DNA of 64,000 bases, taken from contig CAVYKI010000009.1 of assembly GCA_963769025.1 (NCBI GenBank), positions 992,001 through 1,056,000 of the forward strand, given 5' to 3'. The notes under the pieces were generated by a model. That model saw only the letters and a program-made list of their open reading frames with translations. It did no database searches and was not told the origin of the DNA. Shown one piece after another: positions 1-10,058 of this stretch. Each line of letters begins with the position of its first letter. Positions within the stretch are counted from its first letter, which is position 1. Origin of the DNA: an uncultured Verrucomicrobiae bacterium (GTDB lineage Bacteria > Verrucomicrobiota > Verrucomicrobiia > Chthoniobacterales > Chthoniobacteraceae). The position numbers and the translations under genes are program-made.

Positions 1-19
1 TCCGTTCTTCTCGCGCAGG

Positions 20-1383
20 TCAGGCGACGATCTGCGAGATCGGCGCGACGCTGTCCTGGAACTTGTCCACCTTCACATCCACGCGCTGGAGCATCGTGAG
101 GAGCAGGTTGCTGACGCGCGCGTTGTCGTCCACGGGCTTCGAGCAGATGCGGTAATGCGTGATCGCGTCGGCGACGTCGTATTTGCCGATCTTCGGGAGG
201 TTGAAATCGACGTGCGTGCCGTGCTTGTAGCCGAGCGCTTTTCCGCCGGCGAGGATGGTGGGCAGGTTGGCATTGCCGTGGCTGTGGCCGTAGGCCATGC
301 CGCTGCCCCAGAGCACCTGCGTGGTGTCGAGCAGCGTGCCGTTTTCCTCGCGGTGCGACTTGAGCTGGTCGAGGAAGTAGCTGAGCTGATCGATGAGGAA
401 GGTGTCCGTCTGCGTGAGGCGGCGGAGCTGCTCGGGGTCGCCATTGTGGTGCGACAGGCCGTGGCGCGTCTGCAAAATGCCGATCTCGGGGATGCCGCTC
501 GCTGTTGCCTTCGCTGCCGATGCCGCAGGTGATGACGCGCGTGGAATCCGTGCGCAGCGCCATGACCATGAGGTCATAGAAGAGCCGGTAATATTCGCCG
601 GCCTCGGCCATGCTCGAGCTTGCGCTGGAGGCGCGCGGCCTCGTCGGCGGGCACGAGCGGCTTGGGGACGTTCAGCCATTCATCGGCGCGGCGCGTGCGT
701 TCCTCCACCTGGCGGACGGCGGTGAAGTATTCGTCGAGCTTCGTGCGATCCTCGCTGCCGAGTTTTTTGTTCACGCGCTTCGCGTCATCGGCCACGAGAT
801 CGAGGATGCTGCCGCGGCGGCTGAGGCGGCGGCGGATGGTCTCCTTGCTGTCCTTTTCCACGCCGAAGAGCATGTTGAAAATCTGCTGCGTGTTCCGCTC
901 GGCAGGAATCTGGATGCCGTCCTTCGACCACGCGAGCGAAGTGCCCTCGATGGCCATTTCCAGCGAGGAAAAACGCGTCGCCGCGCCCTGCGCATCCGCG
1001 ATGAGCTGGTCGGCCGAGACCGTGTTGCGGAATGCGCCGCCGTCGCCGGGGACGTTCGCGCCGGTGAGCCAGACCTTTTCGCAGTTGTGATGCTTGCCGA
1101 TCACCATCGGGTGATGCAGTCCGCTGATGGGCGTGATGTCGGCGCGGTGCTTTTCGAGCGACTTCAGCGGCGCGGTGAATTCGTAGTCCGCGCCCGCCTT
1201 TTCGATCTGCCACGTGAGCGTGTTCACGCCGTTCGGAATGTAGAGAAAGACGCTGCGCTTCGGCTTCGATGGCACCGGCAGCACGGCCATGCAGTCGAGG
1301 AGCGGCAGGGCGATGGTGGCTCCGAGGCCGCGCAGCATCTGGCGGCGGCTCATGCGCCAGCGGTTGAGATTGAGGTTGCTCAT
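20..1383 (-). CDS. DUF1552-family protein (Tat-like leader), interrupted by frameshifts at about 480-620
   Basis: N-terminus [41 protein letters not shown]-terminal frame HGLSHH...[25 protein letters not shown]; split over ORFs 574..1383 and 20..679; downstream of a DUF1592-type gene. Confidence 0.85.
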
Positions 1384-1413
1384 GGGGTGCTCCTGGTTGG
1401 TGCTGCGGTTGGG

Positions 1414-3866
1414 TTAGCGCTTTTGGAAGAGGTCTGAAAGGACGAATGCTTCGACGATGTCGCGCAGGCGGTAGTCCTTCGCCTTGCCCGCGGCGGCGAT
1501 GGCCTTCAGCTCGTCGCGGTCGCTGAAGGACATGCTGCGGCGCAGGCCGTAGGTCGCGAGCTTCTCGACGAAGGTGTGATTGAACGCGTCGATGTCGGCG
1601 AGGAGCAGCTTCTTGAATTCGTCGGCGTCGCTGTAGTTCGCGGCCGTCGGGGAGTTTGCCGGCAGGATCGACCTTCGGATTCGCACCGGTGCCGTCGGTG
1701 ACCTCCTCGGTGCGCCAGCGGCCGATGGCGTCGTAATTTTCAAACGCGAGCCCAAGCGGATCGATCTTGCGTGACAGGCGGCGCAGGTCGGATCGTGGAT
1801 GTGCGCGTCGAGCTTCATGCGCAGCGTGGCCTTCGGCGCATCGAGCGCGATTCGTCGCGATGGGCTCGACATTCGCCGGCGGCGGCGGCGGCGATTTGCC
1901 GAAGATGGCCTCGGAGACCCACACGCCGCGATGCACCGGCCGGTGCCGCGTGCCGTCGGACGTGAGCGAAAGGATCGACGCCTGCGTGAGCGAGTCCGCC
2001 GCGTTTGCTGTCGGCCGGCAGCGACGACGCGCTGGAAGCCGTCGCGCGGCAGCCCCGCATCCGGCAAGGCCGTAAAACTTCGCGAGCCGCGCGTTCACCA
2101 TGCTCCAGTCCGAGTGCAGGAATTCGCGCAGCGTGAGGCCGCCTTGCAGCACTTCGCGGAAGAACGCCTTCGTCTCGCCGACCATGCTCGCCTCGAGCGT
2201 CTTGTCGTAGTCGGGATAGAGCTTCTTGTCCGGCTGGAACATGCCGACCTTCCGCAGCCGCAGCCACTGGGTGGCAAAGGAGTCCGTGAAGCGCGTGGCG
2301 CGTTCGTCCGCGAGCATCCGCGCGACCTGCCGCGAGAGCTCGGCCTTGTCCCGCAGCTTCCCTTTTTCCGCGAGCGAGAACAGTTCCTCGTCCGGCATCG
2401 TGCTCCACAGCAGATACGAAAGGCGCGAGGCGATCTCCCAGTCGTTGAGTGTGTCGCGGTTCGCGTTCTCGTCGCCTTCGGCGATGAAAAGGAAACTCTT
2501 CGAGCAAAGGATCGCCAGCATCCCAGCCTTCACCGCGTCGCGGAATTTCTCCTTCGCGGCGAGCTCCGCCTTCACGATGCCGACATAGCCGTCCAGTTCC
2601 TCATCCGTGACCGGCCGGCGGAATGCACGGCGCGCGAGCGTGCGCGAGGCAGTCGCGCACCTGCTCCATGTTCCCCTCCTCGCGCGGGAAATACGTCGGC
2701 GCGGCGGCTTTGCTCCTCGTCGGTGATGATCGGCCCGCGCCAGGAGACCGAATCCATGATGAGGAACGGATACCGCGCGCGACCCTGCTCGTCGGTGAGC
2801 TTCATCTGCCAGGGGATGCGCCCGTCCTTGATGCTGATGAACGGCTTGTCTCCATGGCGGCCGGAGCGCGGAAGTATTCGACGGCCCCGGCACCTCGTTA
2901 TACACCTCGATGTTCGGCCGGCCCTTCGGCAGATGCGCGCGGAAAGTGACCGTGATCGGCTGCGTCCTCGGGCGCGATGATGTCCTGCTCGAAGAGCACG
3001 CGATCCAGCTTCGCCTCATACACCTTGAGCCGCGGCGCCCGGCCATTTTCCGGCTTCAGCCCGCTGAGCGTGTAGCTGATCTCGTAGATGCCCGCCTCCG
3101 GCAGCGGGTCCTGCAGATTCGAGTAGCGGAACATGTCCCCCGGCCACATCTCGTAACGCACCTTGTCCAGCAGCCCGAGTTCGCGCAGGCGCTCACGATG
3201 CCGCTCGTTCACCTGGTTTTCCAAAATCGCTCGCTTCGTGCCGCCGAACGGAGGGACGGGCTTCGCCTTTTTGTCCGGCGGATCGGGATACGCCTCTGCG
3301 AGGATCACCTCCGCCGCGCCGAGATACTTTTCGATGTTCGACGGCGAGAGCGTGAGCACCGAGCCGATGCGCTCGAAGCCGTGCCACTCCGGGTCCTCGA
3401 GAAAGGCGCCGGGATCCTTCGCGTCGTAATGAACGCCGATGAGGTCGCTCACCGTGTTCACATATTCATCCCGCGTGAGGCGGTTGTAGGACACACGCCC
3501 GCGCGATGCCATGCGCGCCGACTCGCCTTCCTTCATCCGCGCCGCCAGCCATGCCACCACCTTCGCGCTCTCCTCCGCCGTGGGCTTCACCTTTTCCTTT
3601 TTCGGCGGCATCTCGCCGGAGTTGATGCGCTCCATGATCTCCAGCCACTGCGGCGTATTCTCAAAGCCGACCTTCGGGGAGAGCGTGTCCATCCGGAACT
3701 CGCCCTTTTGCTTCTCCGCGCCGTGGCAGTTCAGGCAGTGCTTTTCAAAGTAAGCCTGCACCGTCGGGTCCAACCCTCCCGGCACCGCCGCGCCTAAATG
3801 GCCAGCCGCGGCGAGCAGCAACGAGACAACAGATAATGTGAGAGCGGGATGACCGGACTTGAGCAT
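1414..3866 (-). CDS. DUF1592/DUF1588-type (PSD/PSCyt) planctomycete cytochrome-c-domain protein, several frameshifts
   Basis: Signal peptide MLKSGHP..., CLNCH haem motif, MPPK, RLTRDEYVNTV, EIASRLSYLLWSTMPD, CAACH, C-terminal FVEKLATYGLRR...SDLFQKR; pieces in ORFs 2898..4334, 2572..2805, 785..3046 and 1414..2067. Confidence 0.85.
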
Positions 3867-3978
3867 GGGACAGGTGACAGAATACCCAGACCGCCTTCCC
3901 CTTAGCCAGAATGCTCGGCAGCGACAAACGCACTGGCGGGCCAATTGACTTGGACGCTCGCCCTGCCACGCTCGGCAC

Positions 3979-4761
3979 GTGATGAATCCCCCTGCCCGTC
4001 TCCTCGTCGCGCTGCTTGCCTTTGCCGCCAGCGTCAGTCTTTTCGCCGCCGACCCGGGAACCGCGCCCACTCCCACGCACTCCACTCCGCCCGACGGATT
4101 CGTGTCGCTATTCAACGGCAAGGACCTGGATGGATGGACCGTCCGCCAGCCCGACAATGGCGCATGGAGCGTCGTGGACGGCGTCATCGATTGCGACCCC
4201 AAGGGCGACGCGAAGGGCGACCAAAACCTGTGGACCACGAAGGACTTCGGCGACTTCGATCTGTGGGTGGATTGGCGGATCAAGGAGAGCCCGTTTTTCA
4301 ACCGCAAGGCGCGCATCATTCTTCCCGATGGCACCTACAAAAAGGACGTTTCCGGCAACGTCCTCGCCGTCACCGCGCCGAACACCGACTCGGGAGTCTT
4401 CCTCCGCGGGCAGCACAAATCGCAGGTGAACATCTGGTGCTGGCCTGTCGGCTCGGGCGAGGTGTGGGGTTACCGGACAGACCCGGCCCTTTCCGCAAAG
4501 GTCCGCGCCGGGGTGACTCCGAAGGTGAATGCGGATCGGCCAGTCGGCGAATGGAACACGTTCCATATCGTGATGCAGGGCGACCGCCTCACGGTGACGC
4601 TCAACGACAAACTGGTGATCGACGATGCCGAGTTGCCCGGAGTTCCGCGCAAGGGCCCGCTGGCCCTGCAACTCCACTCCGAACGGAAGGACGGCGAATG
4701 GGGCGCGTCGCTGGTGCAATTTCGGAACATCCGGATCAAGGAGCTGACGGGCGTGAAATAG
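3979..4761 (+). CDS. DUF1080 / 3-keto-disaccharide hydrolase-like secreted protein
   Basis: Signal peptide; GFVSLFNGKDLDGW, DSGVFLRG, GEWNTF, GPLALQ.H, FRNIRIKEL motifs. Confidence 0.85.
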   Translation: MMNPPARLLVALLAFAASVSLFAADPGTAPTPTHSTPPDGFVSLFNGKDLDGWTVRQPDNGAWSVVDGVIDCDPKGDAKGDQNLWTTKDFGDFDLWVDWRIKESPFFNRKARIILPDGTYKKDVSGNVLAVTAPNTDSGVFLRGQHKSQVNIWCWPVGSGEVWGYRTDPALSAKVRAGVTPKVNADRPVGEWNTFHIVMQGDRLTVTLNDKLVIDDAELPGVPRKGPLALQLHSERKDGEWGASLVQFRNIRIKELTGVK

Positions 4762-4837
4762 CAGTGCGCAGTAACGGCGCGCTTCGTCCCCTCGCCGGCG
4801 AAGCAATTTCGGCCGGAGGCGCTGCGTTGATTGAACG

Positions 4838-5311
4838 TCAAACGGCGTTCTCGGATCGGCTGAAAAGCTCGCGCACCGCCTGCTCGCGGAATGCAAAAAT
4901 CTTAGCGAGCTGCGGCTTGACCAGGAAGGGATGCGCGAAATTGCCGAGCGGGCCGAAAGGCAGCACGTACGTCACCCGGTCGGTGATTTCGACGCGGCCG
5001 CCCGCGAGTTCCTTGAAGTGGTGCTCGTGGTGCCAGATGCGGTAAGGACCGATGCGCTGCTCATCGACGAAGAACTGTCGCGGCTCGACATGCGTGATTT
5101 CCGTCACCCAACGGGCGGGGATGCCAAGCAGCGGGCGCACCCGGTACTCGATCATCATGCCCGGATAGATGCGCTCCGGGAGCGAGGTGAGGATCTTGAA
5201 GTCCAACTCGGGCGGAGTGATTTTTTCGAGATTGCGTGGATCGGAAAAGAAATCCCATGCGCGTTCGAGGCTGGCTTCGATGATTTGGGAGGCTTCGAGG
5301 ACGTGAACCAT
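4838..5311 (-). CDS. SRPBCC family protein
   Basis: AWDFFSDPRNLEKITPP, WVTEIT, FVDEQRIGPYRIWHHEHHF, IFAFR. Confidence 0.85.
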   Translation of the reverse strand: MVHVLEASQIIEASLERAWDFFSDPRNLEKITPPELDFKILTSLPERIYPGMMIEYRVRPLLGIPARWVTEITHVEPRQFFVDEQRIGPYRIWHHEHHFKELAGGRVEITDRVTYVLPFGPLGNFAHPFLVKPQLAKIFAFREQAVRELFSRSENAV

Positions 5312-5350
5312 GACGAGGAAAGGATGACGCGAAGGGCCCGGATGAGTCGT

Positions 5351-6412
5351 TCAGGCGTCCGAACGCGCCGGTGGCGCCGGTTTGGATGGTCCCGCATGAC
5401 TGGCGAGCAATTGTTCGATCTGCGTATTCAGCGCGGGCGCGCCGTCGAGTTCATTCCTAAACTTCGACGGAATCCCATCGGTTCCGGCTGCGGCCCCGAG
5501 CAGCGCGCCTACGACCGCGCCACGGTGGCAGTTGTCGCCGCCGACGTTGGTGTTCGCGATGACTCCCGCCTCGAAATCATCGGCGTACTTCCACGCGAGG
5601 TAGAGCGAGGCTGGGAATGCATCGGCGATGTAGCACGCGGGGCTGACACATTGACCGATGACGACCTCGTCCGGCTCGTGCGACCACTGCGCCGCGGTGC
5701 GTGCCGGGAACCAGTCGCTGCCATGCGCGACGATCGCTTCACGCAATCCGGAGCCGGAGACGACGGCTCCGACGATCCGCACCATCGCGTCCGCCGCGGC
5801 GAGCACCTCCGGTACGCGGTGCGTTAGCGCGACGTGTTCGCGCACGGCATCCCGGCTGGCGGCGAGGTCGCCGCCGAAGAAGGCGCAGAGCACACCGACA
5901 TGCGCGAGGCCGCCAATGTGGATGTCGCTGCCTGCGCATTTGCGGGGAGGGGTGCCACGGGCGTACGCGGTGAAGAATTTCCGATGGCACTCCTCGACGT
6001 AGGTATCCCGGTGCCGGCCAGGGCTGAGCATGAAGTCAATATACCGATCGAGATAATCGTCGGCGTCGTAACCACCGCGCGCGATAAGCGATCCGATGAG
6101 CACTTTCGCGAGCTGGAGGTTGAGGGTGTTTTCGCCGGCGCGGAGGAACTGGTGGTAGTGGATGCCACGCCGTCCCCAATATTGCGCCTGCTCGTGCAGG
6201 ATGTCGCCGCGCGCATTGAGCGGCGTGTATTCGGAACGCCAGAGGATGCTGTCGGGATGGGGATTTCGCGGCGCAACGTAGTCGCGCACGAGGCCGTAGT
6301 CGCGACGCAGCGCGGCGCGGTCGTAATACCAGTGAACGGGCATCGCGAGCGCGTCGCCGATAAATGGTCCCCAGGCGAGACCTTGGAGCTTATCGTGAAT
6401 GGAAGCGGTCAT
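5351..6412 (-). CDS. ADP-ribosylglycohydrolase family protein
   Basis: GPFIGDALAMPVHWYY, ALTH, NTNVGGDNCHRGAVVGALLGAAAG. Confidence 0.8.
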   Translation of the reverse strand: MTASIHDKLQGLAWGPFIGDALAMPVHWYYDRAALRRDYGLVRDYVAPRNPHPDSILWRSEYTPLNARGDILHEQAQYWGRRGIHYHQFLRAGENTLNLQLAKVLIGSLIARGGYDADDYLDRYIDFMLSPGRHRDTYVEECHRKFFTAYARGTPPRKCAGSDIHIGGLAHVGVLCAFFGGDLAASRDAVREHVALTHRVPEVLAAADAMVRIVGAVVSGSGLREAIVAHGSDWFPARTAAQWSHEPDEVVIGQCVSPACYIADAFPASLYLAWKYADDFEAGVIANTNVGGDNCHRGAVVGALLGAAAGTDGIPSKFRNELDGAPALNTQIEQLLASHAGPSKPAPPARSDA

Positions 6413-6436
6413 TGGTCGGTCGCGTGCTGAAGTTTT

Positions 6437-7294
6437 TCATGGGGACGCTGCGAAATCAGCCGGAAGGCCGGCCGGTTCCCAAGCATCAAGTTCCTTTTCC
6501 ACATCGGCGAGTTTCCTGCGCGCTTTTTCGTTCGCGTATTTTCCGAGCACGAGTCGCAGCGGCGGGGAATCGGATTCGACGGCGGCCATGATCGCTTCCG
6601 CTGCCTTCCCCGGAACCCCCGGCTGCCTGCCTTCCATCGTTTCGAGGAAGCGCAGGAATTTTCCGCTCGTGCGATCGTAATCGGCGATGTGGCTGCCCGC
6701 GCGCTCGAGCGAACGCGCGATGAAGCCGGTGCGAAACGGCCCCGGCTGCACGATCGTCACTTTGATCCCAAGCGGCTTGAGTTCCGCGGCGAGTGATTCC
6801 GACACCCCTTCGAGCGCACACTTGGTCGCGCCGTAGATCGAAAAACCTGGATAGTTCGCAATGGCCGCCGCGGCGGAGATGTTCACGATGTGGCCGCTGC
6901 GCTGCGCACGCAGGATCGGAAGCGCCGCCCGGACGACCTCCAGCGCGCCGAAGAAGTTCGTGTTGAAACTGCGCGCGATCTGCTCCCCGCCGAGTTCCTC
7001 GAATGCGCCCACGAGCCCGTAGCCCGCGTTGTTCACGATCACATTGAGCCGGCCAAATGCCTCCGCACTCCGTGCGACCACATCCCTCACTTGAGCGGCG
7101 TCAGTGACATCGAGGGCAAGCACCCGGCAAGTCTCGGGATGACGCGCGGCAAGTTCGTCGAGGGTGGCCGGTTCACGCGCCGTCGCGACCACTCTGTGCC
7201 CGCGTGCGAGTACGTGCGCAGCGAGCGAGAGTCCGAGCCCGCTGGAGCAGCCGGTGATCAGCCAGACTAGGGAGGGTGTTGTTGAATCGGGCAT
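6437..7294 (-). CDS. Short-chain dehydrogenase/reductase
   Basis: WLITGCSSGLG, NNAGYG, YGATK (YxxxK), VQPGPFRT; start taken at MPDSTT. Confidence 0.9.
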   Translation of the reverse strand: MPDSTTPSLVWLITGCSSGLGLSLAAHVLARGHRVVATAREPATLDELAARHPETCRVLALDVTDAAQVRDVVARSAEAFGRLNVIVNNAGYGLVGAFEELGGEQIARSFNTNFFGALEVVRAALPILRAQRSGHIVNISAAAAIANYPGFSIYGATKCALEGVSESLAAELKPLGIKVTIVQPGPFRTGFIARSLERAGSHIADYDRTSGKFLRFLETMEGRQPGVPGKAAEAIMAAVESDSPPLRLVLGKYANEKARRKLADVEKELDAWEPAGLPADFAASP

Positions 7295-7543
7295 GTTGCC
7301 TCGAACCTTACGCCCGGCCTTGCCGGATGGACGTGACAAAGCGCGAGCGTTCATCTGCGCATGCGGCCTCAACGGACTTCGTGCCGCCGCAAACCCACGG
7401 GATTGCGGACCCCTTCGGCGGACGCCACGGTTCGCGCGAGCATCGCGTAGCGCCGGGAAGAAGCACCGCCCCCCCGGGCGGTGGACGGCATTATTCGCGA
7501 TTTTGGCCTGCCACTTGAGCCCGAGGTTTCATACGCTTCTCCG

Positions 7544-7894
7544 ATGCACGACTTGGCGATTTCCCTGCAAGCTTTCGTAGCCGCCTCGATCTTTTTCGTT
7601 TGGGTCGTGCGCTACGACAACATCATCGCGGAGTTCAAACAGTATCGCCTGCCGGACTGGCTCCGCGATTTGGTCGGGATTCTCAAGCTCGCCCTGTCTC
7701 TGCTGCTGCTGATCGGAATCGAGCGCCCGCGCTTCGCCATCGTGGGCGGGCTGGGCATCGCTGTCCTGATGGCGTGCGCCTTCGTCGTGCATCTGCGGGT
7801 GAAGAACCCGCCGTTCAAGATGCTCCCCTGTCTCACGCTGCTCGTCCTTTCCGCCACGATCGCATTCATCAACTACCGGCTCGTGAACGCGTAA
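7544..7894 (+). CDS. DoxX-like small membrane protein
   Basis: EFKQYRLPDWLRDLVGILK, LMACAFVVHLRVKNP; four hydrophobic segments. Confidence 0.75.
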   Translation: MHDLAISLQAFVAASIFFVWVVRYDNIIAEFKQYRLPDWLRDLVGILKLALSLLLLIGIERPRFAIVGGLGIAVLMACAFVVHLRVKNPPFKMLPCLTLLVLSATIAFINYRLVNA

Positions 7895-7904
7895 GTTCCG
7901 GAGC

Positions 7905-8675
7905 ATGGGTTCCAGCGAAGCACCAGCGCGGGTTCCCGATGATGCGCAGCGGCTCGCGGCGCGGGCTCGGCCAACGGGGCGACCGGTGATGTATCAGCAA
8001 TGGCGCGACCTGCTCTTTCTCCACTGGGAATATCCAGCCGCTGCGATTCAGGCGACGCTGCCGGAGGGCCTGTTTGTGGATACGTTCGGTGGAAAGGCGT
8101 ATCTCGGCATCGTCCCGTTCTTCATGCGCAACATCCGGCCGCGCTTTCTGCCTGCGGTGCCGGGCATCTCGAATTTCATGGAGGTGAACCTGCGCACCTA
8201 TGTGCATGATCGATCCGGTGTCCCCGGTGTGTGGTTCTATTCGCTCGATGCGAACCGATGGCTCGCGGTGAAAATTGCGCGGAGGTTTTTTCATCTGCCC
8301 TACGAGCACGCGAGGATGCGGGCGAATCGCGCACCCGACGGCCGCATCCGCTACGAATCGCTGCGCACCGGCGAGCGGGCGAACGGCGCGAGTTGCCTTT
8401 TTGAATACGCTGCCGGAGCGGAGCTTCTGCCGCCGTCGCCCGGCTCGCCGGAGTTTTTTCTCGTCGAGCGCTACCGGCTCTATTCCCGCGCGCCCTGCGG
8501 GCTGCGGCGCGGCGCAGTTTCTCATCAGCCGTATCCGCTTTGCCGCGCGGATGTGTCGGCTTGGGACGACCACTTGCTGACGCTCGACGGCTTCGCCCCG
8601 GCTGGCCGCCCGCCGGATCACATCGTCATGTCGCGCGGGGTGGACGTGACGATTTTTCCGCTGGAGCGGGTGTGA
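7905..8675 (+). CDS. DUF2071/YqjF family protein
   Basis: MYQQWRDLLFLHW, EVNLRTYV, PGVWFYSLDA, FLVERYRLY. Confidence 0.85.
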   Translation: MGSSEAPARVPDDAQRLAARARPTGRPVMYQQWRDLLFLHWEYPAAAIQATLPEGLFVDTFGGKAYLGIVPFFMRNIRPRFLPAVPGISNFMEVNLRTYVHDRSGVPGVWFYSLDANRWLAVKIARRFFHLPYEHARMRANRAPDGRIRYESLRTGERANGASCLFEYAAGAELLPPSPGSPEFFLVERYRLYSRAPCGLRRGAVSHQPYPLCRADVSAWDDHLLTLDGFAPAGRPPDHIVMSRGVDVTIFPLERV

Positions 8676-8756
8676 AACCGCTCTCTCGCCGATGTCTTCC
8701 TGCGACCTTCCGGTTTCTGTTGTCGCGAAGTCCGGATTCCATCATTCTCGGCGGGC

Positions 8757-9336
8757 ATGGAACAGGAACCCGATCCACAGCTCGATGCGGAGATCGCGCT
8801 CTTGCGTCGGGTCGCGCAGGGTGACCGCCGGGGTTTCGAGGAACTTTACGATCGCTTTTCCGGCGTCCTTTTTTCCACCGCGCATCGCGTGCTGAACAAC
8901 CAGGAGGCCGCCGAGGATGTGCTGCAGGATGTGTTCATCCAGATCTGGGAAAAGGCGCCGCTATACGACCCGTCGCGCGGAAAGCCGATGACGTGGGCGA
9001 TCACTCTCACCCGGAACAAGGCGATCGACCGCCTGCGCTCCACGCAGCGGCGCGGCCGGTTGCAGGAGGAGCTGATGCAGGAAACGCAAACTTCCGAGCA
9101 ATTCGATGATCGGAGTTCCTTCGATGCGGCCTCAGCGGGCGACACGAACAAGCTGGTCCACGAGGCGATGCAGAAGCTCTCGCCCGATCAACGCGAGGCG
9201 ATCGAACTCGCCTTTTTTTCCTCTCTCACGCAGATGGAAATTTCCGAGCGGCTCAAGCGTGCCGCTCGGCACTGTGAAGGCACGCATCCGCCGCGGCATG
9301 ATGCGGCTGCGGGATCTGCTGGGTCCGCGATTGTAG
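8757..9336 (+). CDS. ECF sigma-70 factor (SigK-like), frameshift at about 9255
   Basis: Region 2 AEDVLQDVFIQIWEKA...WAITLTRNKAIDRLRS; region 4 LSPDQREAIELAFFSSLTQMEISERL continues in another frame as VPLGTVKARIRRGMMRLR*. Confidence 0.9.
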
Positions 9337-9345
9337 CCGCCCGGA

Positions 9346-9920
9346 TTACGCCGCGATGCGGTCCGTCAGTTCACGTTCGCGGGCGACGAGCCAGAGCGGC
9401 TGGCCCTCGCCGTTGAGAATCGGCGTGATGGCGACCTCGACCCAGTAAGGTGTGCCGTTCTTGTGGTAGTTGAGAATCGTCTCCTTGCACGGCTGGCACT
9501 CGTGCACCGCGCTCCGCATGCGCGCCGCGACCTCCCGGTCGGTCCTGGCGCCTTGCAGGATCGGGCCGAGATTTTTTCCACGCAACTCGTCGAGAGAATA
9601 TCCGCACATCTCGGTGAAGGCGGGATTGACCCATTGCACGAGGCGATCCGGGCCGCACACCACGAGCGCTTCGGACGCCACGTGCTGCGGGCGCTGGCGA
9701 TCAGGCCAGCGATGCGAGCCTTGAGCCCCGGCGAAGGCGATGGGTCTGCGGCGCGGCGCGTGGAGAGCGTCAGCGCCGCACCCACCTCCGACATCCCGGC
9801 CGCGAAATCGCGGAGTTCATGGTGAAATTCGAGGAGGAGTTCAAACTGCTCGCGCTCCTGCGGAGTCATGGCTCCGGAGGAGAAGAGTGCGGCTTGGTCC
9901 TGGAGGAATTCGTTGAGCAT
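9346..9920 (-). CDS. Putative soluble anti-sigma factor: anti-sigma-like N-terminal domain plus LOV-like PAS domain, frameshift at about 9690
   Basis: N-terminus MLNEFLQDQAALFSSGAMTPQEREQFE...PSPGLKARIAGLI (inside ORF 9366..10649) joins PAS ALVVCGPDRLVQWVNPAFTEMCGYSLDELRGKNLGPILQG...LNYHKNGTPYW (ORF 9346..9681) after a one-base correction. Confidence 0.7.
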
Positions 9921-9962
9921 CGGATGCGGGGATCGGGTGGAGAAGGTTAAGGATGGAAGCGC

Positions 9963-9989
9963 TACGTTCCATCGCCTGCTTTGGATACA
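9963..9989 (-). promoter_or_regulatory. Candidate ECF-sigma promoter TGTATCC-N16-CGTA
   Basis: Minus strand reads tgtatcc aaagcaggcgatggaa cgta, about 42 nt upstream of the ATG at 9920; resembles the TGATCC..CGTA promoters of RpoE/ChrR-type systems. Confidence 0.5.
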
Positions 9990-10058
9990 TTTTACGCCGA
10001 AATTTTCCAAGCGGCCAGAATCGGCTAGCCGGCGTATCGCCACCATGTTCACGCCCCA

